From Trichomonas gallinae (taxonomy: Eukaryota): a stretch of DNA of 64,000 nt. Positions 22,157 to 31,994 of this stretch are shown here, in pieces. The DNA is taken from the NCBI GenBank assembly GCA_008369845.1, contig MRSU01005687.1, positions 1 through 64,000 on the forward strand, written 5' to 3'. The notes under the pieces were generated by a model. That model had not been told where the DNA came from. It saw nothing but the letters and a program-made list of their open reading frames with translations, and did not search any database. Both the position numbers and the translations under genes were made by a program. The first letter of the stretch is position 1. Every line of letters starts with the position of its first letter.

Positions 22157-22579
22157 ATTTATTTGTAATAGTTTTTGATAAAAATACAAGATGTTTTATT
22201 GTCTAATAATAAGAATTTTTTTATCAATACAGACAACATCATTTAAAAAAACATCATTTTTTGAAGCACTAAGTAAAACTGTTTTTTCATTGATAGTTAA
22301 AATTATTGTAGAACACAAATTTTCGCAGCATCTTTATAATAGATAATTATCAAACTAAATGAGTGATATATGGAGATTTCTTATGAAATAATAATTCTTC
22401 ATAGTGATGATAAAAAAAAAATATTTGTTGAAGTTGGGTGAAGCAAGAATTTATGCATTATTATCATTAATTATTTGTATTATTAAAATAGTCAATAAAT
22501 GAAACATTAGTTAAAGAAATGTGGATAATTTTATCGAAATAAAAAATCTTAAAGATTAATCAATAAAGAAAGAAAATAA

Positions 22580-25500
22580 TTATGGAACTAAAAACTTGAG
22601 TAATTTGTCAGCTTTGTCGCTGAGTGGACCAGATCCCATTAACTCGACAGCGAGAGTTAAAGAAATATCTCTCAGCTTCACACTTTCCTGAGAATTGTCT
22701 TTTCCGACGACATTTAGACAATTCATAATGAAGTCGATGAGTTCTGGTGTCGCGTAAATCGCTTTGATTCTCTGCACAACATCAGAAGCGAAAACAATCA
22801 ATTCGCGTGTCGGCATCAGTGTGTTGAGAGACTGTGGAGTTACGCCAGTGAGAAGCTTCTTGATGATTGCATTGGCTCTATTCCTGACATCAGCCCTTTC
22901 ATTCGAAAGAAGATCAACGAAAAGCGACAAATTCAACTTATTCTTGCTTGCGAATTCATTGAATGTGCATCTGATTTCGAGGTAGGCTTCAATGAGCTCT
23001 AATATCTGCATAGAAAATTCCATCTGATTCAAAACGTTCTTGAGTGCGTTAATGTAAAAGTCTGCGTTTTCTTTCATCTGTCCTTTGATCATTTTTCCAA
23101 CCAATGTCGACAAAACGCTTACAGATGCTGCTAATGCGAATTTTGACTCTGTAGTTAAGCTCTCCAGCACGCTGATGAATATGGTTGTTGCGTGTTCAGT
23201 CCTGATTCCGCCTGAAATAGCGAACGGAATTCTTTTGTCGAAAGTGAAAGCCAAGAATCTCCTCGAGTCATTAGAAGAAGACTTGAAAGCAATTGCCAAG
23301 CATTCAGACAGCTTAGCTGTTAGTTGCACTGATGTGCTGTTAGTGCACTTTCCGAATGATGAGAATAATGAAGCGTACAAACAAGATGAGGTCACTTTGT
23401 AGACTTCATTCTTCGAAGCCAACAATTCGCCGACTGACGCGCAAATTTTGAAGATGCTGTCTGAATCTAGCAAAGCTAGCATCTCAGCAATCTTGTTTAT
23501 TGTTGCTTCAAGGGCTTCAAATGTTGAGAATTCGATCGAAATTGAGTCTTTGCCGAGTTTTCCAACAACTGTATGTTCGAATATTTTATCGATCGTCAGC
23601 AGAATTTCTTGCCTCGAGTCTTTGATTTCTCTCGACGACATCTGCTTGTGCTGCGAATTTAGAGCACCGAGCCACATCATGACGCACGAGAAGAACAAGC
23701 CGAGGTTGTCTTCAACAGTGTAATACTCCAAAAGTGTCGGAATGAAGTGGAAAAATGACAAAGCAGATCCAGCCATCAGCAAAGCATTGTATTCTTTGAT
23801 GAACAACATTCTTCTCGACTCGCTCATTACTATTAAAGAAACAAGCATCTTCTTGACTTCCATTGAGTCAGCGAGCATAATAAGAGAAATCGCTGTGGCC
23901 ATGTTTGTCTGCGCGAATCCTGAAATCGCTGTGTTTAGATGATACTTGATTTGCTCGCTGTTGTTTGAAGAGTTCGCGCTGTCTATCATCCACTTGAACG
24001 TCGCTGGCGAAGCTGTGAATAATGCAGGGCCATGGATGCCAACAGCTGCACGTATAATCATGGCGCTTGGTAATGAGCATGTCTTGGACTTCGAGATTTG
24101 TTCGCATAACTGTTGACAGAATTCGAGATTTTGCGAAAGTAAAACTCTCGCGAATAATGAAACAGCTGACGTGCTTAATGCATCAAAATTCAGCTCCTGG
24201 TCTATTTCAGCCAGTGGATCCTTGAAATTCTTCATTGATGGATTTTCCATTTGATTATTATTATTTTCCTTCACATTTATGCCGAAAATTGCCATTAACG
24301 CTCTAAAAGCAACAGATCTTGTTACTCTGATATTAGACAAACAAAGTGGCGCTGTATTATACAAGATTACGCCGAGATCTTGTTTTGGAACAGCAATGTT
24401 CCTGTTGCAGGCTTCTACAGCGCATTCGTAAGCGAAAGAAATGAAAGGAAGTGGATCTGTCTTTGTGAAATGCTTGGATGTTTCGACTAAACATGTTTTG
24501 AGAGTTTTTTGATCTGGATTAATTCTAAACAACAGTGCTGCCATGTGTTGGTTCATGGATCTGTCACTAACGAAGTTGTCTATGTGGAATAACCAGCTCT
24601 GGATGATTGTATCAGCGAGTTTTCCTACATTTTTCTGATTTGCGATCATATGTATTAAATAAGGAGCAAATAATGGGATAGGAGCGGCCCTTTCGACTAG
24701 ATCTACTGGGCAAATGGCAGAAGAAAGCTGCGGGAAAACTTCTGATAATTTTTCAATTTCAGATGCAAACATTGTCATGTTCTTTTCTGTTGGAAGGCTG
24801 TGATTCAGTATGTTGTAGACCATTTCCTGTTGTTGAGGAGTCATTCCTGGCTTTGGAGCAAGAATCTTAGAAACTGAAGCGACAGTAGCCATTCTCACTG
24901 AGTATTCTATAGTCTTCTTGTCGTGACCGATAAATAAAAATGTCTTTTTCTTCTTTTGCATTGAGATTTGGTTCAATTCTTCCAAACAATTCGAGAAATA
25001 TTGCTCGCTTAAGGCTGCAAAGAAGTCTATGAAGAGCTGCATGTCTATCTGTTTCTCTTTCTTAGGACTAAGAACTTCTGTTGATGTCACAATTTGAATT
25101 AAATCTGAAATATCAGAAGAAGAAAGATTCTGAAGATAAGCAATTGGAATAACGAGTTGTGGTGATATCTTGGCTTTGGCTATAAGTGCAGATTTGATGT
25201 CTTGCGCGTAAACTTCTGAGATAAAGTTATCAAATAGCTTTGTCCACGTTTGCGGAACTGCTTGATTGGGTCTGAAGATTCTTATGTATGTGGAGAACTC
25301 AACAAGGCCACTAGGCTTCTTGATAAAGAAAGGAAGAAGGTGAACAAAATATTCAGTGAATAATTTCTTGTCTGGAGCCGGAATGACACTGTTTTTGGCT
25401 TCAGGAATAACCTTTTCGATCTCTCCTGCTACGCAAGCGATTACTTCATGATCGTTGACGAGTTTTATATTATTCAGCAATTTTTCAACGATAATACCTG

Positions 25501-26779
25501 TGTATTGCTTGTAGAATGAAATAAACTGGCCAATCATAATGAAAACAGAGGGTCTGAGGTTAACGTCAGACAAAATCGTTTGATTTGATAATATCGAGAA
25601 AACAGGATCGATAATTGCCATCAGCATTGAGTCATTGATCTTCTTATGAGCAATTACATATGATATTCCGCTCATTATTCCAAAAGCAACAGCTGGCTTA
25701 ACATCTTTCGAGAAACACATGTTTTTAATGTTTGGTTCGGTAAATGCTAGATCGAAATGTATGGCTAAGATAATTCCTCCCATTGCCGTATCGATTGATT
25801 TGAACAAATCTGCGATTATTGTCTTGAAATTCGTAACATCTTTCCTTGGTTCAACGAATCTGATGACTTCTGTGCAATACAAGTTATCTCCAGCATAAAT
25901 ATGCTGTGCAAGATCTCTTAAATGAGTCTTTAGCTGTTCTTCGAGGTTATAATGTTCAACTGTGTTTGTAGCAGGCAATTCAGCGAAAACAGACGCAATA
26001 TCTATCCTCATTGAGTCAGCAACTTTGTGAAGAATGTTGACAATCGATGGACAAACGGCCAGAAAGATTTCAAATGCAGAATTTGCTTCCAGGAAGTGGA
26101 AACCTGCTTTAATCAGTCTAAACGCAATTCTTTGCTGTGTTGCATCGCTAATCAAAAGTGGTTTGATTGTGTTGATGATTTTTTCATCGCCGCCGAATTC
26201 ATTATACATTCCTTGTGTCGTTGCATTTAATTCTTTGATTGTATGATCGGTCCAGAACGTAATCAATGCATTAATCGAAGGAATTGACTGAATATTGAAG
26301 TTATTTAATAACTTAATAAATGTTTCATCGACAATCGACTTTTTGATTGATGAAAATATCGACAGGCAGAAGAATGAATAGGTTGCTGGTGGATCGGTGA
26401 TGAAATTCACAATTTCTTCGGTTTTTGTGTCTGGAATTTGCTTAAATAATTGTTGAAGAACCATAATAAGCTTATCATTGAACCTTATATCAGTAGATTG
26501 GATAGGATAATCGATGATTAAACGAAGAATTAGCTTTAATTGTTCATAATCAAATAATTTGAGAGAATTCTCTTTTTCAGCGAGCATTTCTATGACGAAT
26601 GCGAATAATGCTTCGTAATTCCCCTGCACTGTTGGTCCTTTCTGTTCACGAATAACATACAAAATAATATCTTGGTACTGGGCTGACTTAGCAAGGAAAG
26701 AAACTACTTCAGCGCGATGTGACCGCTGGTTCTGTAGTGTCTTACTGATGAGTAGTGCATAAGGTGGAGCTGCTGTCAT
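22580..26779 (-). CDS. Large alpha-solenoid (HEAT/ARM-like) protein of unknown family
   Basis: 1399-aa ATG ORF of Leu/Ile/Ala/Phe-rich amphipathic helices, with HEAT-like ends such as FVDLLSNERADVRNRANAII. Confidence 0.7.
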   Translation of the reverse strand: MTAAPPYALLISKTLQNQRSHRAEVVSFLAKSAQYQDIILYVIREQKGPTVQGNYEALFAFVIEMLAEKENSLKLFDYEQLKLILRLIIDYPIQSTDIRFNDKLIMVLQQLFKQIPDTKTEEIVNFITDPPATYSFFCLSIFSSIKKSIVDETFIKLLNNFNIQSIPSINALITFWTDHTIKELNATTQGMYNEFGGDEKIINTIKPLLISDATQQRIAFRLIKAGFHFLEANSAFEIFLAVCPSIVNILHKVADSMRIDIASVFAELPATNTVEHYNLEEQLKTHLRDLAQHIYAGDNLYCTEVIRFVEPRKDVTNFKTIIADLFKSIDTAMGGIILAIHFDLAFTEPNIKNMCFSKDVKPAVAFGIMSGISYVIAHKKINDSMLMAIIDPVFSILSNQTILSDVNLRPSVFIMIGQFISFYKQYTGIIVEKLLNNIKLVNDHEVIACVAGEIEKVIPEAKNSVIPAPDKKLFTEYFVHLLPFFIKKPSGLVEFSTYIRIFRPNQAVPQTWTKLFDNFISEVYAQDIKSALIAKAKISPQLVIPIAYLQNLSSSDISDLIQIVTSTEVLSPKKEKQIDMQLFIDFFAALSEQYFSNCLEELNQISMQKKKKTFLFIGHDKKTIEYSVRMATVASVSKILAPKPGMTPQQQEMVYNILNHSLPTEKNMTMFASEIEKLSEVFPQLSSAICPVDLVERAAPIPLFAPYLIHMIANQKNVGKLADTIIQSWLFHIDNFVSDRSMNQHMAALLFRINPDQKTLKTCLVETSKHFTKTDPLPFISFAYECAVEACNRNIAVPKQDLGVILYNTAPLCLSNIRVTRSVAFRALMAIFGINVKENNNNQMENPSMKNFKDPLAEIDQELNFDALSTSAVSLFARVLLSQNLEFCQQLCEQISKSKTCSLPSAMIIRAAVGIHGPALFTASPATFKWMIDSANSSNNSEQIKYHLNTAISGFAQTNMATAISLIMLADSMEVKKMLVSLIVMSESRRMLFIKEYNALLMAGSALSFFHFIPTLLEYYTVEDNLGLFFSCVMMWLGALNSQHKQMSSREIKDSRQEILLTIDKIFEHTVVGKLGKDSISIEFSTFEALEATINKIAEMLALLDSDSIFKICASVGELLASKNEVYKVTSSCLYASLFSSFGKCTNSTSVQLTAKLSECLAIAFKSSSNDSRRFLAFTFDKRIPFAISGGIRTEHATTIFISVLESLTTESKFALAASVSVLSTLVGKMIKGQMKENADFYINALKNVLNQMEFSMQILELIEAYLEIRCTFNEFASKNKLNLSLFVDLLSNERADVRNRANAIIKKLLTGVTPQSLNTLMPTRELIVFASDVVQRIKAIYATPELIDFIMNCLNVVGKDNSQESVKLRDISLTLAVELMGSGPLSDKADKLLKFLVP

Positions 26780-27730
26780 TTTTTTTGTTATAAAAAATCC
26801 AGGATTTTGAATGAAAATGATCCAAATTTTGGATTACTTTGTAAAAATAGGGAAACTAAAATAATATAGAAATTTTTCGGATCCGAAAAGTGAAGTCCGA
26901 TCATTTCCCCTTCAATTGTTAATCGGAGAAAAATTTAAAGCTTTTTCTTTAGTTTACAAACTTTTAAGTATGAGAGAAAAATTATAAAGATGTTCTTTAC
27001 TATTTGCTTACACAATATCATTTTATAAAGTTGATATTCACGTATATTCCTCATGTAGATGTCGCGATCACGCGAATCTGTTTCTAAAATAGTACTTTTT
27101 CTTAAGTCTGTGATCGTATATGAGATTTTTTTATACAGGAAAAAGAACTTTTTTTGTGGCGGCTTTTTTACTTTGTGTCAATAATTAAAAAATTTTGTGC
27201 GATTTTTTTAAATTACATTATCTTAGCTATATATCCACATTTAGTCAATTTTAAATAATAAATTAGATTTTATTTTTGTTATTAAATATAACTATAAGGA
27301 AAAGGATGTAATAGTCTATATTTTTCGAAAGATTTCGAACTGAATTAAATAAAAATACATGTATCAGTGTTCAATGCACTTACATTGTGGAGAAATGGAT
27401 GAAAATAGGTGTTAAATTGAGTTACAAACAACTTAATTATCCCAAATTTGAATAAAGATAATTCAGCACACTAAGTTTGTGATAAAATACATGATAATTG
27501 CTTATTAGTTAAGTTCCAAGCTACATATCATCCCAAGTTCGAGGTAAGATAGTTCAGCACACTTAAAAATTTAGTAACATGCCAAAGCACAAGCTACAAA
27601 TGAACCTTCAATCAAGCAATGTTTTTGACATGTAAAGCGACAAAATCGATATAATTTTGCCATGTAAAATGGATTAATTTTTGACAATATTGAGTGAAAA
27701 ATATTGAATAGTTTACGACAAAAATTCAGA

Positions 27731-28339
27731 ATGTCTGAAGATAAACCTACTGGCTCACTTACAAGCCTTTTGCACGATAGCACGCCATCAACTGCGCCAA
27801 CAGTCAAAAAGGTCACCGCAGGACCTATAGTTTCAAGGAAATTCAACTCAAAACCACAAATTCCAGAAAATTATCTTTCTATTGCTAACGCATTCCTTTT
27901 GACACCAGATATGACAGGACCAACAGAATCTCCATTCCCCAATGAAGGATCCGCGCAGAAATCCGATACAGGAGATATAGAAGTTGTTCAGGAGACTAGA
28001 TGCATTTGTGGATTGACACACGGCTCATCAGTACAAATTCAATGCGATTCATGTCTTAAGTGGCTCCACGAGGATTGCGTTCATCTTAAAAATTCAAAAG
28101 AAGCAGATCCATTCATTTGCATTTATTGCCAATACGAAATTGCAAAATCCGTTAAAGCTTACGTAAGACAGCGCCTTGCATCTTTATTACCAAAAGCTCA
28201 GCAACTTGAAGTCGATATCCAAAGTGGTCGCCAAACTCAATATATGCCAATCTGGAACGAGCTAAGCGATATTGTTAACGATATTCAAGAGGTTCTGAAG
28301 ATGATCCCTGAATTACTTCACTCTGAAGATTATTCTTAA
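27731..28339 (+). CDS. PHD-finger protein
   Basis: First ATG at 27731. TRCICG...IQCDSCLKWLHEDCV...FICIYC is a C4HC3 PHD finger with the conserved Trp. Confidence 0.92.
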   Translation: MSEDKPTGSLTSLLHDSTPSTAPTVKKVTAGPIVSRKFNSKPQIPENYLSIANAFLLTPDMTGPTESPFPNEGSAQKSDTGDIEVVQETRCICGLTHGSSVQIQCDSCLKWLHEDCVHLKNSKEADPFICIYCQYEIAKSVKAYVRQRLASLLPKAQQLEVDIQSGRQTQYMPIWNELSDIVNDIQEVLKMIPELLHSEDYS

Positions 28340-28526
28340 TGTTAATATCTTGTGATTCTTAATATAAAAGTTTTGTATTTTGATGGATCCACTCAAAGAC
28401 AATTTATAGTTTTATTATTACAGATCCTCGACCCCCAAATTATTTTGCCAGACCCTGTTAATATATTTTTTTTCTTAACCCCTAAATTATTTCGTCGGAC
28501 CCTGCTAAATTTTAACAAAATCTTGA

Positions 28527-29873
28527 ATGGATTATAAGGATGAATCACCCAGCAAAGAGCCAACTTCTCTTGTGACCAAAATACAATATGAACCTAGACC
28601 GGAAGAAATTGGACCTGAGTTAGTCGAAGATATTGAAAATTGTGTTAAAAAAATACAGAGTATGATTGATTCACAGTTACCTGACGCATATTTAGACTAC
28701 ATAAATACTAGATTTCAGTTAAATTCCAAGCTTATCGGTTATGTTCTTTATCAAATTAATTTTATTGACATAATTTGCAAATCTTTAATGACAACACCAG
28801 AAAAGAGCAGTGATATATTGAGAATAAAAGTATTATCGCTTACGATAAGTCAAGTTCCTGATTCGGTTGTTGAATTCCAGCCTTATGCTCTACAGTTTGT
28901 GACTTTAGCTAACGAAAGAGCCTGCTTTTTCGAATGCATGCATATTTTATCATGCATATTAACAAACAAACCAGAAAAATCTACAGAACTCGTAAATAAT
29001 CATATTTTGAGGTCTTTACAGCAATTTATAACATTAATGGGTACAAAAAAAGATCGTTCATATATTCTCAATGTTCTTAAAATCATTGTTGCAAATTGTG
29101 ATGATGAAATTCTCAGAAGAAATACATCACATGCAATTCCTCCAATCCACACACTTATTCCAAACTCAACTGTTCAAGAAATATGCCCAATTCTTCAGAT
29201 GCTGCAAAAAATTACGAAAATTAATAATATCATGCCAATTCCTGCCATTTATACAAATCCAGTTACTGATTATTTGTTTGATTGTACTCGTTTCCCTTAT
29301 TTAATGAATTTGCACATGTCAGACGTTTTACAAGAAATTATATCACAAGATGTTCAATTTTTTATATTTTTGGATAACAAATATGACGCAATTGGCAAAT
29401 TGATGGACTTTGAAGAGAAAGAATCACAAAAGGAAGTTGAAATAGGCGTTTTATTTCTTGTAATTATGAAATTAAGTTATTATGAAGAAGGAATCCAGCA
29501 TTTAATCGCAAGGCAGCTTATTGTACCGTTAATAACACTATTTCCTGTACTTAAATTCAAGTATCAAATCCGTTTTCACTATTTTACTGCATCAGCATCA
29601 ATTTATGCTCTGAGATACATGATAGAAAATACTGATTTTCCGCTCATTATTAACACAATGGTTGAACACATCAGCAACAACTTCAATGAAGCTTTGTTTA
29701 GGAGGTTTGCTGAGTTAATAAACAACATTATATCATCAGCATATATAGGAATCGTGCAGAGTTTTGATCTAGATGAGATCAAAGATCTGCTAGAAGACAT
29801 TCACATGGGTAACTCAGAAGATGACGCTATAATGGCAGGAAACTTGTTGGAGGCTTTGTTTCCAAGTGAATAA
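28527..29873 (+). CDS. Hypothetical ARM-like helical repeat protein
   Basis: 448-aa ATG ORF with helical hydrophobic periodicity; stop overlaps TAAA. Confidence 0.65.
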   Translation: MDYKDESPSKEPTSLVTKIQYEPRPEEIGPELVEDIENCVKKIQSMIDSQLPDAYLDYINTRFQLNSKLIGYVLYQINFIDIICKSLMTTPEKSSDILRIKVLSLTISQVPDSVVEFQPYALQFVTLANERACFFECMHILSCILTNKPEKSTELVNNHILRSLQQFITLMGTKKDRSYILNVLKIIVANCDDEILRRNTSHAIPPIHTLIPNSTVQEICPILQMLQKITKINNIMPIPAIYTNPVTDYLFDCTRFPYLMNLHMSDVLQEIISQDVQFFIFLDNKYDAIGKLMDFEEKESQKEVEIGVLFLVIMKLSYYEEGIQHLIARQLIVPLITLFPVLKFKYQIRFHYFTASASIYALRYMIENTDFPLIINTMVEHISNNFNEALFRRFAELINNIISSAYIGIVQSFDLDEIKDLLEDIHMGNSEDDAIMAGNLLEALFPSE

Positions 29874-30195
29874 AATTCTATTTTTGTTTGTATTATTTCC
29901 AAATCCATTCATTACTATTTGCACTCTAAATAGAATCTTAATTATAGCAATTTATTATGAAAATTTCAAAATACAAACAAATATCGATTTTTTTTAAATT
30001 TCTATTATATTTATCTGATTTTTAACTATAGCATACCATTATGCTCTTAGATTTAACTACATTATTGTCTTAATAATAAGTGGAGATGCTTTTGATTGTG
30101 GAAATTAAGAAACAAAATTTTTGCAGATTCTATATTTCGCTTATATATCATGCAAAACTTTGAAATAATGAATTTGAGATTTTTTTGGATTTTTT

Positions 30196-30245
30196 GAAAA
30201 GTGACACATAAAAATTTTGTCGATTTTTTGGTGGAAAAGTGACAC
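30196..30245 (+). promoter_or_regulatory. Two copies of GAAAAGTGACAC (M2-like AAAGTGAC element)
   Basis: Identical 12-mers at 30196 and 30234, just upstream of the ATG at 30261. The reverse form GTCACTTTTC occurs at 7 and 264, upstream of CC2D2A. Confidence 0.55.
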
Positions 30246-30260
30246 CAATTTTTTCATCAA

Positions 30261-31100
30261 ATGAGTTCATGGCATAGAGTTCAATTTTTTCCGTCCAAAA
30301 TCAAGGGAACTATGACCGATAACGTTGGAGATCGGTCAGAACCTGTAAAACCATACAATATAGCTCAGGAAGCTGCTTTCAATACTCTCTACGAATGCGC
30401 GCTTGATAAGAATTTTCATGATCAGTCTCTTCAGCCATATTTGTACAGACTTCCATATTTCGAGAAATTTCTTACAGATCGAAATTTCAGCAAATTAACG
30501 CCGGATTTCGAGAATTTTTCAGATAATGCTACCTTAGAAATCGAGTTTCTTCAAGATTGTTTTCGTGTATCAAGCAAGCTTGGATCAAACTCTCAAAATG
30601 AAACATATAAATATGAACATTATTTATTCCCTATTTTAGAAGACATTGAAAACGGATCCATAAGAAAAATGCTAGCTGCAATATTAATTCGTTATAAAAT
30701 AGGATATACTAACGGAAAAATCTTCACCAAAATAACAGACTATCGCATTCAGCCTGAAACAGTACATTATTACGAGCTTGAAGTTACAAAAGATTTTCTA
30801 CTATCTGCATTTCCAGACATTCATCCATTGGATAGCGAGAAATCTTTTAACGAGTTATCATGTCCTCAAATTTGCACAGATCCATCACTTGATGTAGCAA
30901 GATTTAATAGTATGGTTGATTGGAAAGAAAAAATGTGGAAACCAGTCAGATTTGAGGATTATCATTTCATAACGCCAGAAAAACCATTTGAAGTTAAAAA
31001 ATCCGATATACCAGTTAAAAATGTACAAAATTCTATAGATACTACACTATTCAACGGCATTAGAATGAAAAACTTGAATTTCCAGGAAGAAAAGACATAA
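30261..31100 (+). CDS. SPT20: Spt20-like (SAGA complex) protein
   Basis: ILEDIENGSIRKML...GYTNGKIFTKITDYR...HYYEL...PQICTDPSLDVAR parallels the recalled Spt20 domain motifs (LDAEELP..F..GCVIAEIRDYR..PLCLDPS). Confidence 0.6.
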   Translation: MSSWHRVQFFPSKIKGTMTDNVGDRSEPVKPYNIAQEAAFNTLYECALDKNFHDQSLQPYLYRLPYFEKFLTDRNFSKLTPDFENFSDNATLEIEFLQDCFRVSSKLGSNSQNETYKYEHYLFPILEDIENGSIRKMLAAILIRYKIGYTNGKIFTKITDYRIQPETVHYYELEVTKDFLLSAFPDIHPLDSEKSFNELSCPQICTDPSLDVARFNSMVDWKEKMWKPVRFEDYHFITPEKPFEVKKSDIPVKNVQNSIDTTLFNGIRMKNLNFQEEKT

Positions 31101-31253
31101 GGGATTGAACTCTGCCACAATTTGTTTGTTTTATTTGATATTATTCATAGTTTCTTGTTATTTGATTTAATTTATAAAAATAACTTTGTTTTGTTTTCTA
31201 TTAATCGTACATATATTTTTAGCATATCAAGTATTTTAATATAAACATGATTT

Positions 31254-31987
31254 TTATTCTGTTGAAGCAATTGCTGCTTGAATTGCTTGTTCACCTTGTG
31301 CTTTTCTCAACAGATTAGAAATTTTAGAGAGTTGGTAGTTCTCTGATATATTTAATGGCATTTTCCCTGCATCATTTTTAACAGAAACATTTGCATTAAA
31401 ACTCAAAAGAAGTTCAACCATTGGCTGACGATTCCATTTAACTGCTATATGAAGAGGAGTCCAATTAAAATACGATGAATGCTAAAATAAGTTAAAAATG
31501 AATTTCTTCAGCTGCATTAATATTAGCGTCGTGTTCAATAAGAAGCCTAGCAATATCAACATATCCCCAAAGAGCTGCTCTATGTAATGGTGTCCAATAA
31601 ATCAATAATGAATTCCATGAATATCTTTAACATTCGGATCAGCCTTATGCTCAAGTAACAAGTTAACAATTTGTGTATACCCAGCGAGTGCGGCAATATA
31701 AAGTGGTGTTCTATAAAATTAAAAATGAATATCATAAATGAAAAATGAATTTCTGCATCATTTGCACTAATATTCGCATCATATTGTATCAAATACTTCG
31801 CACAGTCATATGCTCCTGAAAAACAGGCAATATGCAGTAGAGTTGGGCGTACGATTTTAATTCCGTTTTTATCGAAGGTTGGTAATATTGTGTTTGGATT
31901 CACAATTTGTGGAGCCACTGTTTGTAATAATTCAACTTTGCGCTCCTCACATGCTTTAATCGCTGTCTGTATATCAGTAGCACTCAT
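31254..31987 (-). CDS. Ankyrin-repeat protein (~215 aa) encoded discontinuously: join(31987-31751, 31733-31731, 31712-31614, 31596-31504, 31486-31481, 31463-31254)
   Basis: Ankyrin repeats lie in shifting frames: PTLLHIACFSG, RTPLYIAALAG, WTPLHRAALWG, WTPLHIAVKWN. Removing five 17-18 nt elements gives exact 33-aa periodicity and one ORF ending GAA-TAAA. It could alternatively be a pseudogene. Confidence 0.8.
31464..31480 (-). other. Non-canonical micro-intervening element 3b (17 nt) ATTCATCGTATTTTAAT
   Basis: Lies between TTT-AGC and TGG-ACT-CCT-CTT-CAT (WTPLH). Confidence 0.7.
31487..31503 (-). other. Non-canonical micro-intervening element 3a (17 nt) ATTCATTTTTAACTTAT
   Basis: Lies between GAA-GAA and a 6-nt TTT-AGC micro-exon; contains an in-frame TAA. 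Confidence 0.7.
31597..31613 (-). other. Non-canonical micro-intervening element 2 (17 nt) ATTCATTATTGATTTAT
   Basis: Its removal yields the consensus KD-IH-G-W-TPLH; contains an in-frame TGA. Confidence 0.75.
31713..31730 (-). other. Non-canonical micro-intervening element 1b (18 nt) ATTCATTTTTAATTTTAT
   Basis: Lies between the GAT micro-exon and AGA-ACA-CCA-CTT (RTPL); contains an in-frame TAA. Confidence 0.7.
31734..31750 (-). other. Non-canonical micro-intervening element 1a (17 nt) ATTCATTTTTCATTTAT
   Basis: Lies between the GAA (Glu) codon and a 3-nt GAT micro-exon at the ankyrin hairpin. Confidence 0.7.
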
Positions 31988-31994
31988 TACAATT

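Noticed and set aside
31464..31750. Reading the ankyrin interruptions as GT-AG or U12 AT-AC introns
   Set aside because: There is no GT donor with CTAAC and CAG as in the neighbouring introns, no RTATCCTT 5' site and no AC 3' end.
31580..31987. 135-aa ORF in the track as a complete gene
   Set aside because: Its C-terminal part (EIHFSFMIFIFNFIEHH...) is read-through of the elements into the wrong frame; the ankyrin repeats continue in other frames.
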